Positions 42,277 to 55,400 of a stretch of 64,000 bases of DNA are shown one piece after another; position 1 is the first letter of the stretch, and each line of letters starts with the position of its first letter. Under the pieces are notes generated by a model. The model saw only the letters and a list, made by a program, of their open reading frames with translations. It was not told the origin of the DNA and searched no databases. Position numbers and translations under genes: made by a program. Source of the stretch: Eledone cirrhosa (Eukaryota); contig OZ024746.1 of NCBI GenBank assembly GCA_964016885.1, positions 14,322,001-14,386,000 on the forward strand, in the 5' to 3' direction.

Positions 42277-42664
42277 ATAATTGTTTCTATTTTAGGCACA
42301 AGGCCAGCAATTACCCAGTACATTACTGGTACTTTATTTTATCGATCCCGTAAGGATGAAAAGCAAAGTTAACCTCGGCCGGATTTGAACTCAGATCGTA
42401 AAGGGACGTAACTATGCTGGAAAGCATGTCCGACCCTCTACCGATACTGCCAATTCACCGCCCTTAGTTTGTATTTAATAATTGTTTCTACTTTAGGCAC
42501 AAGGCCAGCAATTACCCAGTGCATTACTGGTACTTTATTTTATCGACCCCGTAAGGATGAAAGGCAAAATCAACCTCGGCGGGATTTGAACTCAGATCGT
42601 AAAGGGACGTAACTATGCTGGAAAACATGGCGTCCGACCCTCTACCGATACTGCCAATCCACCG
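42277..42664 (-). mobile_element. Tandem pair of full-length family A SINEs
   Basis: Copies at 42277-42466 and 42477-42664, delimited by repeated GTTTGTATTTAATAA. Confidence 0.92.
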
Positions 42665-43059
42665 TTTGTATTTAATAATGATTGAATTTACAATAGTTTG
42701 TATTTAATAATGATTGAATTTACAATGATTGGAATTTAAGGGATTCGTGGATAGCATGGGTTTGGTTTAAATCTGTTTACGTTCTAATTGAGACATTTCC
42801 AGATGTATTTATATATGGTAATAAAAGAACTCGGATATTTTCAACCATTGGGATTCTGATTACTGTATACGTTTAATATAGAGCGTTATATTGGAAAAGA
42901 AAAAGTCATAACTTAAATATTATTTCACTATAGAAAAGATTGAATTAATCATCTCAATAAGAAAGTAATGATGTTTTTTGTTATTTCGTTTTTTTTTTCC
43001 AGGCTTAAGTACAAGACCAGGTTAAATACTTGATGAATATTATTTTCTTTAATATAGAG

Positions 43060-43224
43060 TGTCGGATGCCATGCTTTGGCGCATAGAGTTACGGCCCTTG
43101 CCATTCTGAGTTCAAATCCCGCCGAGGTTAACTTTGTCTTTCATCCTTACTGGGTCGATAAAATAAAGTACCAGTAATACACTGGGTAATTGCTGGCCTT
43201 GTGCCTAACGTAGAAACAATTATT
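43060..43224 (+). mobile_element. SINE family A, 5'-truncated, with TSD
   Basis: B box GAGTTCAAATCC; TSD TATTTTCTTTAATATA. Confidence 0.88.
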
Positions 43225-43579
43225 TTCTTTAATATAATCATATAGTCATATAGTCATATTTAAACTTTCTCTTTTCACATGAGATTTGCTACTAATACCA
43301 AAATACCAATTCAACAAATCTCATTTTCAAATAGATTTCTTTTTGCTCCCACGTAATGATATAGAGTTTGCATTATTCTTGTTACTCTTCTGCATTTGGA
43401 TGATATTAAAATGGAAATAATCAAAATTCTAATACTTTCTCCAAATTAATTTCTGCCACATATTCATTTGATCAACCTTAATATTCCTTGTATATTACGT
43501 ATATATTTATTCCAGTAAAATGTATGTTCATATCTGAACAATAAAATATGGGATTAGAAGGAATATTATACGTGAAGTG

Positions 43580-43614
<35 letters not shown>

Positions 43615-43619
<5 letters not shown>

Positions 43620-43986
43620 ACAGAGAGAAAAAGACGATTATTAGGAAGAAAAAATATTTGTTTTCCCTTTTTATTTATTTCTCTCTTTTTTCTGGGTTAG
43701 AAAATGATTAAAACGAAATATTTTACCTTGTGTGAAGTGTTACGGTATTAGTTGATTTATTTATTAATTAACAATGGCATTTATTTATTTATTTATATAT
43801 TTAATAAATGTCTATTATAAATAAATGCCATTGTTAATTAATAAATAAATCAACTAATACCGTAACACTTCACACAAGGTAAAATATTTCGTTTTAATCA
43901 TTTTCTAACCCCCAGAAAAAAGAGAGAAAGAAATAAAAAGGGAAAAAAAATATTTTTCTTCCTAATAATCGTCTTTTTCTCCCTGT

Positions 43987-43991
<5 letters not shown>
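43615..43991. repeat. Long palindrome (~175-bp arms) in (TA)n
   Basis: 43615-43788 is the near-perfect reverse complement of 43817-43991; (TA)n on both sides. Confidence 0.92.
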
Positions 43992-44033
<42 letters not shown>

Positions 44034-44341
44034 GCTATTTCAGAGCACCAATTCTAATTTTCAATTTTTGCTGGACCGGCAACCGCTCTGTATAATCAGT
44101 TCCTGATTATTACTGGAATTCTATGAAAATCCAACATTCATAATTTTCAACAGGCAAAGGGGAGTGCTAAGCTCTGAGGAATACCAACGGTATGAAACAG
44201 AGATCTGTCAGCTTATCTCCCTTTGTTTGTTTAAAAAAGAAGTAAGTGACATAGTCACTACTTTAAAAAAATAGCGTAAGGTCTTCAAAATGCTTTTAAT
44301 TCAGCATACAGTATATTTCCAAATACACTATATATACATTC

Positions 44342-44398
<57 letters not shown>

Positions 44399-44400
<2 letters not shown>

Positions 44401-45876
44401 TTCAAAAAGGGAAATAAGTCCTTTGCAGTGAACTACCGTCCGATCTCACTCACTTCTCATATTATCAAGGTATTTGAGAGGGTGGTGAGATCACGAATAA
44501 CCCACTTTCTTGAAAGCAACGGCCTGCTGAACTCCAACCAACATGGGTTCCGTAATGGAAGGGACTGCCTAACGCAGCTCCTGTATCGCTTTGACGATGT
44601 TTTGAGAGCCTTGGGAGAGGGCTCCAACACTGATGTCATCTACCTTGATTTCAGCAAGGCCTTTGACAGGGTTGATCATAAGATTTTATTGAAAAAACTA
44701 TCCAATATTGGTGTTTCTGGAAGGTTACTATAGTGGATCAAAGTTTCCTGACAGACAGAACCCAACATGTAGTCAAAGTAGTAAAATCAAGCCCTGCCAA
44801 AGTCAGCAGTGGCGTCCCACAATGCACTGTGTTGGGCCCACTTCTTTTCATCATCTACATTAATGACATTACTGACATCATCAAGCACAGCAACGTAAGA
44901 ATCTTCGCAGATGATTCCAAGCTCCAAAGGGTCATCAATGAGGTGGGTGACCGGACTTGCCTTCAGTCAGACCTACTGGCTGTTATCCAATGGGCAGAGA
45001 TGAATAATATACTGTTGAATGAGGATAAGTTTGAATTAATCCACTTTGGAAAAAAGGATGCCCTAAAACTACCATACTCTCTTCCTTCGGGTGAAACTAG
45101 AGGTTTCCAATAACATCAGAGACCTGAGAGTAATTGTGGACAACAACATAAGCTGGGCCACTCATATAAACAGCAAAGTTGATATGGCCCACAGAATGTG
45201 TTCCTGGATTCTCAGAACTTTCCAGTCGAGAGATATCCACACTGTTATCCTTCTCTTCTCCACTTTTGCCCGACCCCACCTTGAATACTGTTGTCCACTG
45301 TGGTCTCCCCACACGAAACAAAGTATCATGAAAGTTGAAGCACCCCAAAGGTCAATTACAAAAAAGGTAGTTGGCATGACAGGCCTTGACTATTGAGGTC
45401 GATTAGAAAAACTCAAACTTTATTCTCTTCAACGTCGCCGTGAGCGCTACATTATCTGCATGATGTGGAAAATATTCCATCAGCTTAGCCCAAATGATGT
45501 TAGCATCACCTTTAATGTACACCCAATGCTTGGACCCCGTGCTATCCACCCACGACAAAAATCCCACTCGCATCACATAACAACAATACGGCACAATTAT
45601 TTCACTTCAATTGGCCCTGCACTCTTTAACATTACACCAAAACACATCAAAGCAGAAACAGACCCCATCAAGTTCAAGAAGTCTTTGAAAAAATTCCTTC
45701 AAGAAATCACGGATAAGCCTCCTACACCCGGATATGCCTCCGTAAACAATAACTCTCTGCTCGAGTGAGCCATGGTGCCCAAACACTGATTTGTAAGACT
45801 TCGCCAGGTGGTGCTATTAAGTTAGATATGGACTGGGCCAATACTTGCCGAAACCTATCAAAGTTATCAAAGTTAT
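44399..45876 (+). mobile_element. CR1-clade LINE, 5'-truncated, disrupted RT
   Basis: NYRPISLTS, QHGFR, YLDFSKAFDRVDH, SGVPQ.TVLGPLLF, FADDSKL, RPHLEYC..WSP; tandem tail TATCAAAGT x2; sits between microsatellites. Confidence 0.9.
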
Positions 45877-45956
45877 ACATATATACATATATATATACAT
45901 ATATACATATATATACATAAATATATACGTATATATACATAAATATATATATATAT

Positions 45957-45991
<35 letters not shown>

Positions 45992-45996
45992 CATAT

Positions 45997-46043
45997 ATTC
46001 CTGATGATTTCTCAAGAATGAAACAGTTCTAGTCCTGTAGAAT
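45997..46043 (+). ncRNA. Type I hammerhead ribozyme, intact core
   Basis: ATTC-CTGATGA-TTTCTCAAGAAT-GAAA-CAG-TTCTAGTC-CTG-TA^GAAT. Stems I, II and III all pair; ATTAAA downstream; lies in a ~135-bp insert in TA repeats. Confidence 0.75.
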
Positions 46044-46131
46044 CTCATGTATATTAAAATTTTTATACTCTGCTATGTATTGAGTACCTTACTTACTGTG
46101 GTTACCTCCCATTCAACCCGGAATAACTTAC

Positions 46132-46229
<98 letters not shown>

Positions 46230-46419
46230 CTGGAATCAAAACTCTGGAATCAAAAGCTCATCGGACCTCTGTTGTAGTAATGACACCTCGATCTGACGTG
46301 AATCTAAGCATCGAGTGCTGGGTGAACCTACACTCCCTGGATAAATATATATATATATATATATATACAAACATACACACACACAAACACACACACACAC
46401 ACACACACACGCGCGCACG

Positions 46420-46493
<74 letters not shown>

Positions 46494-46499
<6 letters not shown>

Positions 46500-47003
46500 T
46501 AAGAGGAATTCCAACTTTGTCTGATTTACTCGTTTTATTTACAATCCTTTAAAATTTATAATGGTATTATAATGAAATATTATGGGCAGTATCGGTAGAG
46601 GGTCGGACGCCATGCTTTCCAGCAGAGTTACGTCCCTTTACGATCTGAGTTCAAATCCCGCCGAGGTTGACTTTGCCTTTCATCCTTACGGGGTCGATAA
46701 AATAAAGTACCAGTAATGCACTAGGTAATTTGCTGGCCTTGTGCCAAATGTAGAAACAATTATGATAGAATATTAAATGTTAAGTGTTAATTGAATAAGT
46801 ACTTTCATGCTTTCGCAATCTTCAGGTTGAAAATTGCAAACTTGACTGTCACCACACATTATGAACCTACTTGTTCATGAAAGTACTTGTTCAATTAACA
46901 CTTAACATTCTATAATACTATTTCATTATAATACCATTATAAATTTTAAAGGATTGTAAATAAAACGAGTAAATCAGACAAAGTTGGAATTCCTCTTATT
47001 AAT
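46494..47003. mobile_element. Palindromic head-to-head pLTR-like insert in (TA)n, left arm interrupted by a SINE
   Basis: Arms match the 57823-58003 copy; hammerhead core on the minus strand at 46792-46829, near the inversion point. Confidence 0.8.
46585..46762 (+). mobile_element. SINE family A
   Basis: A and B boxes; absent from the right arm and from the 57.9-kb copy (empty site). Confidence 0.92.
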
Positions 47004-47048
47004 ATAATCTTCTATACACAATCCTACACACCCGTGTATATTTATCTA

Positions 47049-47095
<47 letters not shown>

Positions 47096-49016
47096 TGGTC
47101 TCTTGGAGACGCAGAACACTGCAGTGATAATGAGAGACAGACCGCTGGAGAGAACTCGTCGATGGACCTCGGGAATTTTACCCACCCTAGATATATATAT
47201 ATAGGGGATGTATATGAATCATGGTATGTGTTACTGCTAATTAATCCTATCCAGTCAAGCTCTCACTATTTGTAAATGAGCATCGCCAGCTGATGTTTTA
47301 TACGCAAAACGTATATAAGCTATAACTTAGTCTTCTCTCAGTAACGACTGAGTAAAAGTCACTGATGACGAATAAAAATCCTGAAATACTAGTGTATGGG
47401 GGTTTTCACATGGCTACTGAAACATCTGTGGTTTGAACACTGCGTAAAACACCCATAACAAAACTTATGTACGTTTACTATACATAGACATATCATATAA
47501 GTCTCTATAAACCCTCTCTCTCTCTCTCTCTCTCTTTCTATGTATATATATATGTGTGCGTGTGTGTGTGTGTTAGAGATTTGTCCAGTCTATGTATCCA
47601 TTCCAATATGTTTCTTGGTTGTCCATATGTGATTGTATCACTTTATATAACAAATTACGTATATTCTGCTCCTATATATTGCGTTGAGAATTCTGCTTTT
47701 AGTTACACGGGATATGTGTAAATGATTCTCATATGCCCATCTGGAGTTGAATTTAAATTTAACGTCAATCTGAATTTGTTGCTGAGTCCTTTATTCACTC
47801 TGAAGATTATCCGAAGAAATGAGATAGTGTTAACAGCTTCCCACGAGGCAGGAATGTAACAGAGAATATTGGCAACTTTCCACAACAGATAATTGTGGCA
47901 ACTTCCCTCGTTACGTGATACGAAGGTAACAAATATCGAAGAAAAATATAATTATTCAACATTTTAGATTTGTGAAGCCATAATTTTAAAGGAAATGTAA
48001 TCAGCAAATATTATGTATTAATGTGTAGAAACACCGTAATACTCAGATTATGCAATAAACTTCACGACAGATACACGAATGTCTCAAGCCGATTGTTTAT
48101 CTGTGTTGGATAAACTTTAATAATTGACACTTTTTAAATAAAGTTACCAAACTTTCTATCATAGTTTTCACAGGTGAGTTCAAATCCTGCCCAAGTTAAC
48201 TTTTCGTCTAGTACGGGGCTCGATTCTCCCTTTCTCACACTTTTTCGTTCTTTTTTTTCTCTGGAAGAACTCGGCTGCATTTCGACCTGGAGGGATATAG
48301 GCTCCACCAGATTTAAAATGCCATGTCATGACGGCGTCCCAGTGACATTGTCAGAAGTGAAGGATCATTTACTTTTCCTTTTTTATGCTGAATAGACAGG
48401 TGTTATGTTAAGTTCTATAGCTAATCTAACAACATTAGTAAGAGACAAATTTAAACGCAGGATTTATTATACACAAGTGTTTTGATTCGAATATTTTCTT
48501 TTTGCTTTGGTTGTTATGGTATAGCAAGCAATGTATTAATCTTTCAAACATTAGTAGAAGCTTAATCTCGGAAAGTTGATGACTCGTGAATTATTTGTAA
48601 AGCAAGATGAAAGTTCAGTGGACTAATTCAGTTATGATAAATGTAGTCATTTAACAAATGTACAATGTTATGTAATCGTGAAGTAAGTCGCTGCAATAAT
48701 GAACTATCCGTTGATCGAATTCTCTCAGCTCTTATTCTTTGTTTTATTATGTTTTCTAATAAATATGAAGTTTTCTAATGTTTAATGTTGCTAAAATAAA
48801 AATTCTGTCATTAAATTAGCTCGATGACAAATACAGAACGCCTGCTATGGGAGTTCTATTCATGGCATTGAAGCTGCAATCTATACTAATAACAATAAAA
48901 TTCTTTATCGTCTGCTGAAGTAAGCGTGTTGGCCTAAAGGACAGCACCGTCTTCTTCGTGTTCTACGGATGGCTCTATTTTTTTTATTTAATCAACAGAA
49001 CTTGCAGGTTGCTAGA

Positions 49017-49600
49017 TTAAACATATCTCTGAACTGTTAAAACCTGAGTCTGTTAAGAATGATGCAGAAATTGATACCATTGAACAAAGACTGACCCTCA
49101 TCTCTCTGCATATTGAATCCGGAAGAGATGTGGTAGCAATGTCAATATGTAAATTGAAACATAGTAAGGGTCCTGTTAAATATATAATCTGGACACAGGT
49201 CTTACGCATTGCTGGCAATCATATAAATCCAAGGGTATATTAGTGTAATGTACAGAGATTATGTTATACCCCTGGACGGGAAAGATGAATTATATTTCCT
49301 CTTTATAATGTACAGTGTATCAGAATAAAGTGTGGTAACAATAGAGGCATTGTTTTAAGATCATTGTTTTACAAGGTTCTAGCAATTATTCCTCTTACCA
49401 GCCTGTATAAAGTTACTTGTATTTGGTGTACTTTGAGAATCTCAGTAATCTCAATGTGATGTTAATTCAGGCAGCAAATCATACAGGAGATTGCTATGAA
49501 CCGAACAATTGTACATTGTACATGATAAATTATGTTAAGCTGTATCAATTTGTAATTTTTGTTATAGTTAGATAAGAACTATTTTATGACAGCTAGTGTA
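49017..49600 (+). mobile_element. Old RTE-like LINE RT remnant
   Basis: VAMSICKLKHSKGP..VLRIAG resembles V..AI.KLK.GKAPG; downstream IPLD..FPLY..CGNNRGI resembles CGNYRGI. Confidence 0.5.
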
Positions 49601-50082
49601 TTGTTCCATAATACTAAAGAGAAGATCTCTTTAAGTTTTGAAATGGTTTTATCTAGTATGTTTTCTAGCGACCGCTTTATCAGTTTTAGCTGAGTTTATT
49701 AAGCTAACCTCTGGGATTTCTTTAAAGTTGTTTTTTTTTATATCATAAAGTGAATTATGCGTATTTAGATGCAGTTGATTACGTTCTGTCATCAGTTTAC
49801 GGATCAGCAGCTATTTATGTCCGTGACTATTAATGTCATATAACGTATTTCATTTAGTATTTTTGTATGTATGAAAACGAGAGTGAGTAGGATTATTGGC
49901 TGTATACATATTCTTGTCTTATCAGACTGACAAAACATATTTGTTCGCTATTATTCTCGTTTTATGTTTTGACGTTTAATTTATCCTGGAAGCTATCATT
50001 TTTATCTTCTGAATTCCTATTCTTAATTAAGGACATATGTCGTCTTCAAACAGTTGGAGCAGCTTGATTTAAGGTGGGAGAC

Positions 50083-50342
50083 TCTTCTTCTTCTTCTTCT
50101 TCTTCTTCTTCTTCTTCTTCTTCTTCTTCTTCTTCTTCTTCTTCTTCTTCTTCTTCTACTACTACTACTACTACTACTTCTACTACTACTTCTACTACTA
50201 CTACTTCTACTACTACTACTACTACTTCTTCTCCTTCTTCTTCTTCTTCTTCTTCGCCCACTTATTCCTGAGAGGGTCGTGGGGGAAGAGTCCTCAAACA
50301 CTCCCTCTAGCGGGTACTGTCAGAAGCAACCGTCTCCAACTA
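50083..50342 (-). mobile_element. RTE 3' end with (GAA)n/(GTA)n tail
   Basis: 50255-50342 is a reverse-complement match to 56975-57062. Confidence 0.7.
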
Positions 50343-50531
50343 ATGTAATTAAGGTTATCATGAATATTTGATGTTTATCATAAAGGAAACATTTCTACCG
50401 TAATCTCTTGATAAGTGGTTAGTCATTTCAAATAGTTGTTGTTTCAAGTGATAACCATGTTTTTGATACATTTTTCTTTTAACAATCAAAACTCTACAAA
50501 CATGGAAAAATAACTCATTACCAATTTATAG

Positions 50532-50567
<36 letters not shown>

Positions 50568-50606
50568 ACACACACACACACACAATGTATATATATATAT
50601 ATATAC

Positions 50607-50920
50607 AGATAAATCCACCAATCAATGGTAGGGTCTAAACCGTATGAAGAACTCAATGTAATCTGTATGTAGATGTCGTGAAGCGAAGTTTAAAATACAA
50701 AATTTTCAACGATATATTTCATTGGACACAGAGTCAAAAATAGAAATATTAAAACAATGAAATTAAACACAAAACGGTTACTTCATAGTAAAACTCATTA
50801 TTTTACGATCGTTTCTGGGGGGTAGTTCCCCGTATGTCCATTCAATTATGGATCTATGTAAAATATTACAAAATATCATAGTTAGAAAAAGTACATACGT
50901 CTTCACTATTTCATTGTTTT
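50607..50920 (-). mobile_element. Solo 3'/pLTR fragment of the Penelope family at 29862-30170
   Basis: Shares AGATAAATC.ACCA..CCG.ATGAAGAACTCA.TGTAATC and TTTTACGATCGTTTCT; flanked by TA. Confidence 0.7.
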
Positions 50921-50921
50921 A

Positions 50922-50980
<59 letters not shown>

Positions 50981-51456
50981 TAAAAGGAAAAGAAAATGCT
51001 GACAAATTTTTCCCAGTGAAAAATAGTTTACTTAGGAATAAGTATAAATTAGTAATAATAATTGGTTAGTATTCAGTTTTAGTTTAAAGTTTTTACCAGT
51101 TGCGCATTTCTAATGCTTTTCAAAAATAATTTTGAGATAGAACGCTCGTGATGTTTGCTCTAATCTGATCAGTTTTGGAAATTCTTCCTGTTTTATGTGA
51201 AAAAAGTGGCTCCAGAGGTATTAAGATTTGGTTGGTTGTTGAATGTCACATGAATGACTATAAATTTCGCGCCAATTCGTGTTGCAGAAATTCTTGTAGT
51301 CACAACAATTTTGATTGGTCGGTAGAGGTCACGTGAATGTTAAAAATTGATTTTGCGCCAAATGTAAGTTTGTCGAAGAGTGTCCTTTTTCGCATGATTG
51401 AGAAGTCACTGAAAAATAAGTCTTTTAAGACAAATATGTGTCTATATATGCATATA

Positions 51457-51524
<68 letters not shown>

Positions 51525-51550
51525 TATATATATGCATATATAAGGAGAAA

Positions 51551-51594
<44 letters not shown>

Positions 51595-51596
51595 GA

Positions 51597-51845
51597 CCCT
51601 TCGCTCAGGGTCACCTTGGGATTTTCACCTAGAAAGTTGCTTTCCGAGGCAGAAGTCCAGGTAAGGTTGTTTGTGGAAGACCAGCAGTCACCCATACATA
51701 CCAGTCCCCACTCTCACGTCATCGATGTTGTCCAAGGGAAAGGCTAAGGCCGATACAGCTTGGCACCAGTGACGTTGCAACTCAATTCTACAGCTGAGTA
51801 AACTGGAACAACGTGAAATAAAGTGTCTTGCTCAAGAACATACAC
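51597..51845 (-). mobile_element. Second SINE family, 5'-truncated, Deu/Nin-like core
   Basis: Minus strand TTCTTGAGCAAGACACTT..CCAGTTTACTCAGCTGTAGAATTGAGT. The family assignment is from memory. Confidence 0.6.
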
Positions 51846-53121
51846 TCTTATATATATATATATCAAAAGACGTTTGGAATGCCGTAAGGTGGAACAGATG
51901 TAAAATATATAGTGATAAATCTGAAGTATAAATCGTTTTAAGAATTATTTAGAAGTGAGCTTGTGATTAAGAAAAGATGTATGTGTGTGTGTGTCCGTCC
52001 GAGGGTAGTTTTCTCAAACTGAGCTGCAGATGATAGAAAGGAAATATATTTGTTTCGTACAACTAGTCGGGTTTATATTCTTTCAATGGTAATGAGTTGT
52101 TCTCTCCTGTTAGTTGATTCACACCAAAAATGTACCACCAGATCGTAACAAGTCAGTACTCTAAGAAACTCTGATTAGATAAGTTGCTTTCAAATTCACC
52201 AAGTGATGTGATTTCCCTACAGGTGTATACCAGACATTACCAATTGTCTTATCCTGCTTTACGTTTGCATTTAGATTTCAGTTTCAGCTATCTACCTGCC
52301 GCCTTTGAAATATATTGAACAGACAAATATCTACACCACGACGTTTATTTTTTCCTCGGTCACGAGAAATATGTACCAATACACTCTCATACTTTACTAC
52401 TTCAATCATTGTTAAACTTACTTTTACATCAGCCAATGGATCCATTTCACTTTTAATGACTTTCATTGAAGGAGAATGTTAGTGAAAAGCTAAAAATAAA
52501 TTTAACACACAGAAGTATGAAATTCAAAATCAGAAATATAAATGATTGATATATAAAATCATTTAAAACAAACGTACAATTACTAGAATAAAATTCAAAA
52601 GCAATTGACTTAGTATTTAATTTTATTTCTATGCATTTTTGAAATTATTTTTATAGAAGTCAATCATATAAGAATTCCCAGAAATACATTGTTTTTGACG
52701 ATACAGATCAATTACATTGCTATAAATTTCAGTAGGAAAATATGTACGTTATTAGCAATTTAAAAACATGCATTATTTAAGTACTCGTACTAGAACTTAT
52801 ATTTAATGGAAAAGAGTAAAGAAATGAAGAATGAGAGCAAGCGTTATTTTTGAAAATCCATTTAAGCTCGTTTTGATTTACATTTTTACAGAAAATTCCA
52901 GATAAAGAAAGCAAATCTCAACCAATATGCGATCGATTATAATGAGTTAAATAACGTTATATTAAAAGAAAATGCGTTTCCTTAGTTTTTAAATCTCCGG
53001 AAATAATATATATCCCTCAAGCATGTACACATTGGAATAAGATATACAAGGCAAGGTGTTATTAAATGTATATTTGGATGTAACGACTGCCATGCGCGTA
53101 GAACATTATTTATACATGTAT

Positions 53122-53283
53122 GTGGATTGGCAGTATCGGTAGATAGAGTTACGTTCCTTTATGATCTGAGTTCAAATCCCGCCGAGGTTAACATTGCCTT
53201 TCATCCTTACGGGGTCGATAAAATAAATTACCAGTAATGTCCTGGATAATTGCTGGCCTTGTGCCAAAAATAGAAATAATTAT
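53122..53283 (+). mobile_element. SINE family A with ~19-bp TSD
   Basis: A and B boxes; TTATTTATACATGTATGTG on both sides. Confidence 0.9.
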
Positions 53284-54195
53284 TTATACATGTATGTGTC
53301 TATATCCTTATTTCATGCCTTCAAACTAGATATGGGATATGGTGTGGACAACAAAATAAGTTGAATACAATAAACATAGCGATAAATATTGCTGCCACAG
53401 CATGAAATGAGGCTACTAAATTAGTGCTATTACAACTAAATATCTTTAATTCTATTGTTTTCATAGTTTACTAAACAACAGATTCAACCCTCACTACAAA
53501 TATGTAAACTAATTCAAGGCTTAGTATTTAACGTCGTTTAATGTGTTCTTTTAAGAATTATGTAATAAAAGTATTCTTTAAGATTGCGTGAAATACATAA
53601 AAAAAAGTTGTTTTAGATATTGTCTTCTTTATTCATTATAATTTACTTATATTTGTTGAAATAACTCAATAGAAATATATGTTATATCAATAATAGGTTG
53701 AAAGTGTAGAGCGAGATGGTGTCTAAGTTGTATTACTTTAATTGAAGTTGGTTTATCTATAGTTCAAAGAGGCCTGCTAGGTTGTATTACCATCTTAATT
53801 CAGATAACATGTTTTGTCTGATTCCGCTCTGACAGAATAAAATATGTAATACTAATAAATTGTGGGAATTTAAACGAATAAACATTACTATCTTGATCAG
53901 TGAAAAGAAATCGTTTTTATCAAAACACAATTTCGCAGTTGTAGTATTATAACGATAATACTGAACATTTTTATCAACTATTGTTCAACTTTTAATTCCT
54001 CACCATCAGTGTACAGGTTTAGATTGAGAGTGGTAACTTTTGGTAAGAATAAGTTAAGGGTCCGGGCTCATGAATAGAATATGATCGTAATATACATCAT
54101 AAGACAACATCACTCATTCTAAATATTAAAAAATGAGAAAATAAACTTGCATTAAATAATATTTGTTTTACTTCTTAACTTGTTAATCCCTTATG

Positions 54196-54315
<120 letters not shown>

Positions 54316-55169
54316 GAGAGAGAGAGAGAGAGAGAGATTAATCTTCATAGTATAGTTTTGAATTATTACTAAACTGAAGCAAAGTAAGCTTTTAGATAAT
54401 TTCTTTGTGATACCAACGAAAAATCATTGTATTTTAAATTTTGATTTATTTGGGATAATATATCATATCAATTTCAGAAATCCATCTCTAAAGTTTAGTA
54501 ATTTTAAATTATTTCTATTTTAAATCATCTCATCTCATATATGTATGTCCGTGTGTGTATACATTATGACAACCATAAAATATATTAAATTATGATATGA
54601 AATATTTCAAAGTTCCTTAATTTAAAAAAATGAGTTTGAAAAGAAAATTAATCCTGGAACGCAGCAGATGTATTAAACAATCCGAACGAAGAATTGTTTC
54701 CCGTTTTAAATCTTTTACAGTATATCATCAACACGAGAAGAAATAATTTAAAATCAATTAAGAATAATGATTTTAAAATATTTAAAATTATCTTTTCTTT
54801 TGTGGCAGATTTCATTTCGTAATATATTATTTTACTTTGGCAGTTATAAGATTAAAAGTAACTTGCAGATGGCTGAACAGAGTAATGTAATGTTATCAAT
54901 TCCAAGTTAAGATCAACTTCATCTCTTTCCTTCCAAATTAAAATTAGTTTCTCTTATTTAAAATACGATAATTAGTTTAGAAATATAGAAAAAGTGATAT
55001 ACATATAAGACGATGACTCTTAATATTTCATAATTCAATACAAGATGTTTGTCCGATTCACATTTGTAAAGTATCTTGAATTACACAACTTACGCCTCAA
55101 ACGAGTTGTTTCTTTTAGTAACGAACAAGATCCCATCATAATACTGAATGATTTTATAGCACATTTTCT

Positions 55170-55400
55170 TTAAAATATTAATGAATCAAGTGTATCCTCG
55201 GAAGGCAGAGAGAATATTTTGCTGAACTTTTAAAGTCGATCACAACAGCATCTTCTTATGTACACGAGGTGCATCTGGGAGCGGTAGGCAGTTCAAAGAG
55301 CTTAAATGTGGCAATCCCACTGGGGATGATGAAATTTGGCCTTAAATAGAGAAGGTATTCTCTGGCTGATTCGTGGTCTAACTGCAACCCGGAGAAAGTT
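55170..55400 (+). mobile_element. RTE-like LINE remnant
   Basis: REYFAEL and ELKCGNPTGDDEIWP, resembling L..GKAPG.DEI.P. Confidence 0.5.
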
